From positions 197,345-261,344 of the forward strand of contig NW_005434621.1 of assembly GCF_000315625.1 (NCBI RefSeq): DNA of 64,000 bases, read 5' to 3'. The notes below the pieces were generated by a model, which was not told the DNA's origin, did no database searches, and saw nothing but the letters and a program-made list of their open reading frames with translations. Source of the DNA: Guillardia theta CCMP2712 (taxonomy: Eukaryota; Protista; Cryptophyta). Below are positions 56,506 through 64,000 of the stretch, one piece after another. Position 1 is the first letter of the stretch; each line of letters opens with the position of its first letter. The translations under genes and the position numbers were made by a program.

Positions 56506-59500
56506 CTAGAACCCTGGTGCCTTTGTGCTTGCCCCGAGCAGCATATGTAGAAGACGCTCTACAGACTCCCTGAGACGTCCGTGAGGGGAGAAGAGGAAAG
56601 GAGTACAAAAAGACCTCAAGACCGCATCGTTGGCATTCACCGTCATCGTCAGCGTCCTCTCCGCCTAGGATGCAAGTCACAACCCCACAATCTCACCGCA
56701 TCTTCACCTGATTCGCCGTCATCTGCAAGCAGCATTCTGATGTCACGCCGCTGCCCTCGAATAGGCCGCAGCCATGGATGGAGTTCTCCGCCGAGTCCGC
56801 CACCAGCCCCATGTGCAGCCCATTGTTGAGCATCGCCTTGAGCGTTGACACGTTCATCCACTTCTCGGTGGTGCTGATGGTCTGACACTGACCGCAGGAG
56901 GAGCACGAGGCGAACTTGGAGTCGAAGTCACTCTTGCTCAGCTGCACTGCCGTCGTGAACTTGCAGGAGAAGACAGGAAGCTTCAGCGACAGGACCCGCT
57001 GCTCGGCTGCGGAAGAGAAGGAGATCGTCATGCCGACGGGGTTGACGAAAGGCCTTGAGCAAGCCATGGACGTGGTCAGCTGCAGCTGCTGCTTCGCTGC
57101 GATCTGGTTGGTGTGGCTCGAGACCGATCCCGACAACTCCTGCGAAAAATGGATCTGAATGGCGAAGTTGGTCATCTCCTGCGGCATCTTGTTCCCCACG
57201 AAGATCGCCAACTTCCCGTTGCTCTTGGAGTACTGCGACTTGATTCCAATCTGTACAAACGAGTCTTCATACAAGATCCCCTCCTTGTTCACAGCCAGCC
57301 GCACAAGCCAATTGAACATCTGCTCGTAGGTGGCACCTGGCGACTGACCGCTGACCGACAAGTCCACGTGAGTCCCGGGAGCGTCGAAGCCTCCCATGAG
57401 CGACATGCTGCCTGCTGCGAAGTTGGGCGGCTGCATGAAGGACGAGGCGAAAGGATCAGGTGCGCTGTTCATCGCCATGGCCGGCACACTAGCAGCTGCG
57501 TTAGGCGGCTGAGGAGGAGTTGCGCCAGACAGGTCGAGAGAAACCAAGTCGTCGATCAACGAGGCGTTGGCCTTGGGTGCTACTGATGCTGAAGATGATG
57601 GAACTACAGGGACTTGTGGCACAGGGGGCGGCATGTAGGGATTGTCAGCAGGGGGAGGAGAAAAAGGAGGGGGAGGAGGTTGCGAGTACTGCACAACGGG
57701 TGAGAACAAGGGAGGCAACCGAGAGGAGGAGAAGGCAACTCACGTTTCCATGATTGTGCAGTCCCTGCCCGCTCGGCCCTAAAGAGAAGATGTCATCCTC
57801 CTTTGGATGCATGCTTGAACTCGCGATAGTTTGCGGCATCCTGTCAAGGTGTCACGGGAAAATCGTACGGCCTACAGGGCGGCGGGGAGCGCACCCCAGG
57901 GGCGAGTTGAAGGGATGAGTTGGAGGAGGAGGAGGTTTCGGAGACCCGAACAGCTCCTGCAGCTGGGGTCACTGCTGGGCTGTGGCAAAGAGGTAGGCGC
58001 GTTCACCTCCAGCACGTTCATATCCTCTCTCTTCGACGCCTTGGGGCGCACGTCAGGTCCGATCCCCTTAGAAGAGGAAAATGTTTCTCACCTTCACCTT
58101 CTCCTCCGCCGCTGTCTTGGTCGACTCCGCCAGAGCCTGTCGCAGCTCTTCGTCCTCGTCGTAACTCGCTGCTAAAAATAATGAGGATGAGGAGGACAAG
58201 GAGGAGTTTTGTCAACATTCCAAGAGGAGGAGGGGAGTGACTTACCTGATAGGGGGGACTGGAAGACAGGAGTCTCGGCGTTCGTCTGGAAAAATCTTCA
58301 GAGATCAGGAGGAGGAACAGAAAGTGATGATGGAGGAGGGGGTGGAGAAGACAGGACGGAGGATGTGAGGAGATGGTGCTGAGATTCTGACCGTGGGAGA
58401 TGTATGCTGCTGCGCTTGGTCTGGCCGCTTCTTCCCCCTGCGATGGAACTTCAACACAACCAGAAGACCACGTGCACCATGGCTGACATTAGCAGATCTT
58501 CATATTCATTCAACTTCTCCGTGATTTGATCATTCAATGTCAAGAATTGCATGAGCCGAGCCTGAATATATGTGAAAATTTCGTGAAAATCACCATTCTT
58601 GTCTTCACCTCATCTTGTATTTCTCCAACTTGGTTCTGTATCGCAACCACACACGCTTTACACATCATTACTACTTCCGCCAGAGCCTGATGGCATGTCA
58701 GAAGATCCTGGACAGCTCTCTACCGTATTCACCTCGTTGCCGTGTAAGCTTGACGCATCTTCTGCTGTCAGCATCGACGACAGCAGCGTAAGGTACTCCT
58801 TCCCCTGATCCAGATCGACCTTCTGCTCCGACCCAAATGCAGGCGGGAGCAGGTGAGACGTTTCAGCTTCTAAGGGAAGAGATGGAGGGGAGCATCAATT
58901 CATTCACCTTGAGATTGATATCTGCGTTGTATCCAGCCCCAGGAGCGTAGTTGCCGTTGGAAAAGTCCTCGCGCATCTGTCACGCAGAAAAAGCATCAGG
59001 TAAGTTTTTTGCCTCATCCCTGCCTCTCACATCTCCATATCCCGCGTCCATATTCGATGGCCTCGTTGCATTCGGATAAGAGCTCAATCCTGGACGCATC
59101 TGCAACATTTTCTCACCAGTTCAGTCGCTACCTTTCCTTCGCCTCCGTCCCTCCGTCCCTCTCTCCCTCCGTCCCTCTCCTCTCCCTCCCTCCCTCCCTC
59201 CCTCACAAATAGACTCACAGGTTGAAGGCCCTGTTGTCTATCCTGCATAGCCCTCTGCTGCAACTGTACTTTCTCCTCTGTCACACAGGCAGTCAGAACC
59301 CTCTCTCTATTCTCCTGGCAGCTTTCCAGATCTTGCCAGCTCTTTGGCAGAAGCAGCATATTCGTTCATTCTCCCATCCGTCCCGTACAGCCTGCCACCA
59401 GACCTCAATCTCAACACGTCTCCTTGCAACAAGAAGGGTACCGAGACCAACTTCGAATCAGCTCTGCAGCCTTCTGCTGCACATTGGGATAGTTTCCCTA

Positions 59501-60044
59501 CACGGTCATCAGCCTTAGTCTCTGCCCCCCTGCCCTCCTCTTTCACCTTCCCCGGCGTCGCAAGCTTGAGGACTCGGGACAGAACTTTCTTCATCACCAA
59601 CACTTGGAACTGAAATCCGTTGCTCTGCCATGCTGCTGAGTGCTCCAACTTCACACGGAGGCAAGATTGACCTGCATGCACTGATCTAGAAGGTCCAGAG
59701 ACACCACAGAAACCTGCGTCGCAGACTGTCAGGTATGCAAGGACCACCCAATCCCCTCATACTTGCGGGCTCTTGTCTTTGACTCTAGCCTTGATGTTCT
59801 TGACAGCTTCCATGATTCTGGACCCAAAAATCAGCCGGCATGCTTCCTCTAGCGTATTCGGAGAGGAATACAAGTTGGGGTGCTCCTGGAGAATCTGGTT
59901 GATTTCAACCATCGCTGCATAGAAGGCTCAGCATTCGTCCCCTCCCTCCTTCCTCGTCGTCATACCTGTCGGATCGCCTTCCCCGTCCCTCCCTGGGTTC
60001 GTTGCCCGGAATATAGCGCCCTTGAGTTTGACCACCTCTCCCAT
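56506..60044 (-). CDS. VHS-GAT-UIM-Pro-rich-alpha-adaptin appendage protein (GGA/Tom1-like adaptor)
   Basis: VHS: IFRATNP..EAVKNIKARVKDKSPQVSVVSLDLLDQCMQSNGFQF..VQQKAAELIRSW. GAT: QDEARLMQFLTLNDQITEKLNEYEDL. UIM: DEDEELRQALAES. Alpha ear: EGILYEDSFVQIGIKSQY..LSLKLPVFSCKF, plus platform CCLQMTANQAERTLTMTV. Confidence 0.8.
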
Positions 60045-61271
60045 GTCTAGTCTGCCAAGTCCGGTCACCTTGACCTCGTCGCTTCCTCAGTCTGTACTAA
60101 TCATCTGCTATCAGCTATCCTGTGTGCATGGGATCTCTACGTGCAAGGCGTCATGGATCTCTGCCCAATCCCAAGCACTCCTGCATCCCTCTTTGTTGAT
60201 AAATCCACTTGCGAAACACAGGAAGCTTGCATTCTTCTATCTGTGGCTTCGTTCACAATGTACGAAGCAGTTCAGAAGCTCTATGATTTCTTCAGAGCGA
60301 CTTCTGCCTAGTCAATCTCTACCAAGCCTCGTCCTCCTGTATCTCTGCGAATCCTCCACATACCCTTCAATCACACAGCGCTTCCTTCAAAATCTCCTCC
60401 GTTTCAACCTGTATCTTCTCGATCCTCCACCTCCTCAACCTGACCATCCATCTGTTCCTCATCCTGATATCTCTGCCTCTCCTTCCTCCCCTCTTCCTGT
60501 CCCTTCATCTCGCTTCTCGCCCATTTTTGTTTCTCCTGCCACCTTCGGCATTACCTAGTGACTGTACTACCCTACCCTCTAGAGCTCCTACCCTCTGACC
60601 CGTTCCACTACCCTCTGAAGATTGTGTCCTGTACCCCCGAATCATCTGCATCACCCCTGCTTTTCCCTTTTTATGACCCCTCGTGTCCGACCTTTTATGT
60701 ATACCCTACCCACCATCGGGGCGATTGCTGCTACATGCCACCCCCACCCCAAGCAACGATGAGTAATACTCTACCCCTATCCGAAGGGTCTACAACTTTT
60801 CCCTCTGCATTAGGTGGAGGGACCGGTCCTTGAGCCACTGTAACTACACCACCACCCCTTTGACCTAAGGGATTCAATAACCATAATTCAGGGGTAGGGG
60901 TGCTATGTACCACCCCTTCGTTGCACCTCCAAAGTACCCCGTGGCCTTCTGTGTATGTTGACTATAATACCATCTCACCCGCCTTTCTGACCTCTACCCC
61001 TCCAAGTACTGTAAACCACCCTCCCATTGTTAGCTATTTTGACAAGGTTCACCACCCCCAGGGACACAGTACCCCTGTATTACCAAACCCCCTACCCCCC
61101 TCTGCCCCATGTTCTGAGGCGGGTTGTATTTGACTACGTCCATCAAAGTAAAGACGAGAAGAATGGAGCGACGCGAGGAGGAGGAGGGCAGCAGCATAAC
61201 GAAAGCAGATGCTTCCTTCTCCTCTCCTCTCCTCTCCTTGTCCTCCTCTTTCTCTCCACTCCAGACTTCCT

Positions 61272-64000
61272 CCCTCCCTCACAGGCCGACCATGATGGGC
61301 AAATCACGCCCACGCCATTGTTGGCGTTCACCGCGAAAGGGCGTGCATTGTGCTGCGAGCATGGGACTAGCGTGTGCCCTGATAGCCAACTTTGTGCATC
61401 CTTGCATCTCCCAGGGAATCTGGACTGATGTTGTGATGCCGGACTTGGTGGACGCAGTTCCCAGCTTCAATGCATTTTATCCGCACCTATCACAATCATC
61501 GGATCAGGCTTCGTCTCCAGAGCTGGAGACTACGAGTGCACATTTCGAACAGACTTCACCATCTGCTCCTCCTTCTCAACAACTCCTGCAACCTTCTGCA
61601 ACGAGCCAGAGGTCAGGACGTCGACGGCTCGTGTTGCTTCGCGGTCGATGCTGATATGCAACAGCCCTTCGTGGAACCTTCCTGGCATGCAGATGAGCTT
61701 TGAAGTGCGCAAGGCAGGCATTCCCCTCTACAAGGATGACTTCTTCGAGCTCGTCTCCGCATACGCTTTCATAAACTCCACCATCCCTTCCATCGCCGGG
61801 GCCTCTGGGAAGTACAACGGAGTACAGAGGACCATTACGTTGGTGGGGCGGGCTTCGATGCCTACCCCTCCTTCACGGGGGCATGCAGCCTGTGCTATCA
61901 GTCCCCTCATGCTCCTCTCTACACCTGCCTGTTCGTGGGCCTGCAGGAGAAGATCGAGACGCAGGCGTTGGACGTGCTCAGCGTCAACCAGGTCGTGTGC
62001 GAGATGCCGACGTGGCGGCATGCCCAGGGGTTCGTCGACGTTCATCTCCTCCATGCACAGCAGCCCGTGCGATCGCGTGCTGTCCTCAGCTTCATCCACG
62101 AGTGCGAGTCCATCGATAGGACTGAGCTTTCAGTGCTGGGAGGAGGTGAGGGAGAGTGGCACGTCCAGTACTCCCTACCTAATCTACCCCTGTCTACCAC
62201 CACTGCCTTCTCCTCCTCCTCATTCTCCTCCTCCTCTCCATGCCTTCTACTCTTCCACTCACCTCTTCATTCCTGACGCCTCTACTCCACCAGCACTCCC
62301 TTGTCCCACCTCCTCGTCTCCCTACTTCCTCTACGCTGCTGGCGGTGACTAGTCTTTCTTCAGAGGTCGTCAGGATCGCAGGACACGGCTTCAGCCCGCT
62401 GGAGCAATACCTCTGCGAGTTTGCGGCGGAAGGGCATGCAGTCTTGCAGGAAGCCTCCTACATCAACCGAACGCTGCTCAGCTGCTCCAGCCCTGAGTGG
62501 ACGGTCGATTTCCCTGCTGCGTCTCTACGAGTCCTCGCCCGATCCACTGGAGAGTATCTGGCAGTCAACTCGAATTCGTCCTTCCTCCTCCCCTTCACCG
62601 CTGAAGTGATCAGCTTGTCGCCCTCCCAGGGACCAGCGGCAGGAGGAGCCTCCATCACCCTCACAGTGAGCGACGTCCCTGCTTGTCGTCTGCTGCGAGA
62701 GTCTGATTTTACCATCCGTGCCTCCCTCCCCGTTCCGTTCCCTTTCGTTCCCCACTCATTTATGTACTTTTTGAGACGTCTTCTACTCTCTTGTTGTGAC
62801 TGTCAACCAACCTCCTGACTTGTAGAACCTTCCTTGACCTTCCGTTCAGGGACGGGGGCTCTTCTCTTCGAATGTTTTTCTTGTCAAGTTTGCCTGTGGC
62901 GACTACGAGCAGATAGTCAGTCTGCACGGCAAGACACCTCGTGACGCCCAGCACGTCGTCCTCTCATCGCCGGACTGGATGGGAGAAGGATGCACGTCGG
63001 ACGTGTCGATCGTCATGTCTGGGAAGGAGGTGCTGTACAGGACCAACGGTGAGATAGAGGATAGGTTGCTGATCGCTGATCGGGATTGTGATTATGGACT
63101 GATACTGATACTGATACTGATACTGATACTGATACTGATACTGATTTGTGAAACACGAGCAAACTTTGTTGTCCTGGTTGACTGAGGTGCAGGGAGCAAG
63201 CTCGTCTTCACTTTCCTCCCCTCGTCGATCAGGATGGCCAACACGACCGGGCCGCTGGGAGGAGGATCATACCTGTCTGTGATCGGAAGAGCTTATCCAT
63301 TGGTGAGGGAATAACTTATGCAGCAAGTGAAATGCGGAGCATCAGGAAGAAAGGAGGAGGAGAAGGAGGAGAAGAGGAAAGGGGAGAGAAGAGGAAGAGG
63401 AGGGAAAGGATTGTTCAAGATGTAAAAAGACGTCTGTAGCGAGCAACGTACTGACAATATCGAATCCAAGAATTTTCTTGACGACTTCTCCCTGACGGTT
63501 CTGCGATACAGGGCGGAAACTTTCAGCTCGTGTTCGCCGGAACCTCAAGTGAGGTCAACGCAGCCATTGCGGACCCGACCTGCACTTGTCAGTCAAGCTG
63601 TCGAGCTTATAAATGCCTCCAAGGAACAAGAATATCTCCTCAACTCATTACCGTGCAGGTAGAAATGCCTCCATCTCAATCCTCCTCCTTGTGTCCTTCT
63701 TTCTGTTCCCAGCTTCCCCCCTCTCCTCCTCCCTCTCACCATTGTTTCTCTCCCTCCTCCTCCTCCTCCTCCTCCTCCTCCTCCTCCTCCTCCTCCTCCT
63801 CCTCCTGCTCCTGCTCCTGCTCCTCCTCCTCCTCCTCCTCCTCCTCCTCCTCCCACATCTATCTCACCTTAGCTACAGATTCCTTTTTGGCCGGGAGTCG
63901 GAGTCGCAAACGTAAGCATGCTGATCGCAAACTCGCCTGCTTCATCCTCCGGTCTGCTGAGAACCTTGAGAGTTTACATGGGCTCTTGACAAGCTCGATC
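61272..64000 (+). CDS. IPT/TIG (Ig-like) repeat cell-surface protein, 5' part only
   Basis: Hydrophobic leader. Repeats of YxCxF..CxxPxW (LICNSPSW, VVCEMPTW, LSCSSPEW); SLSPSQGPAAGGASITL; GPLGGGSYLSVIG. Confidence 0.7.
63098..63143. repeat. (GATACT)n intronic microsatellite
   Basis: Read directly from the sequence. Confidence 0.95.

Overview
Eukaryotic nuclear DNA with many short introns, intronic microsatellites, three N gaps and bipartite signal+transit presequences (ADA-FAP). By inference it comes from an alga with a red-derived complex plastid, most likely a cryptophyte such as Guillardia theta. Hand-splicing gives about 15 genes in almost strictly alternating orientation: a hypothetical gene, an FAD oxidoreductase, a PDZ protein, an inverted pair of single-domain voltage-gated cation channels (PH-6TM-EF hand), a hypothetical membrane protein, a glutamine synthetase II-like protein, an ArfGAP, an outer-arm dynein gamma heavy chain, a CRIB-containing PAK/STE20 kinase, Luc7, plastid ferritin, cyclophilin, a VHS-GAT-UIM-alpha-adaptin-ear protein and a partial IPT/TIG-repeat protein. 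The best leads are: (1) a GGA-like monomeric adaptor that ends in an alpha-adaptin ear instead of a gamma ear; (2) a GS II paralog that has lost three metal-binding glutamates and a catalytic arginine; (3) the PH-domain channel pair, near-identical except for sharp islands of divergence including the pore exit; (4) a ubiquitin C-terminus mimic (LRLRGG) at the end of the cyclophilin presequence; (5) a GGGGTA/TACCCC-rich signature confined to upstream regions. All exon models and family comparisons were made by eye and from memory; no searches were run.
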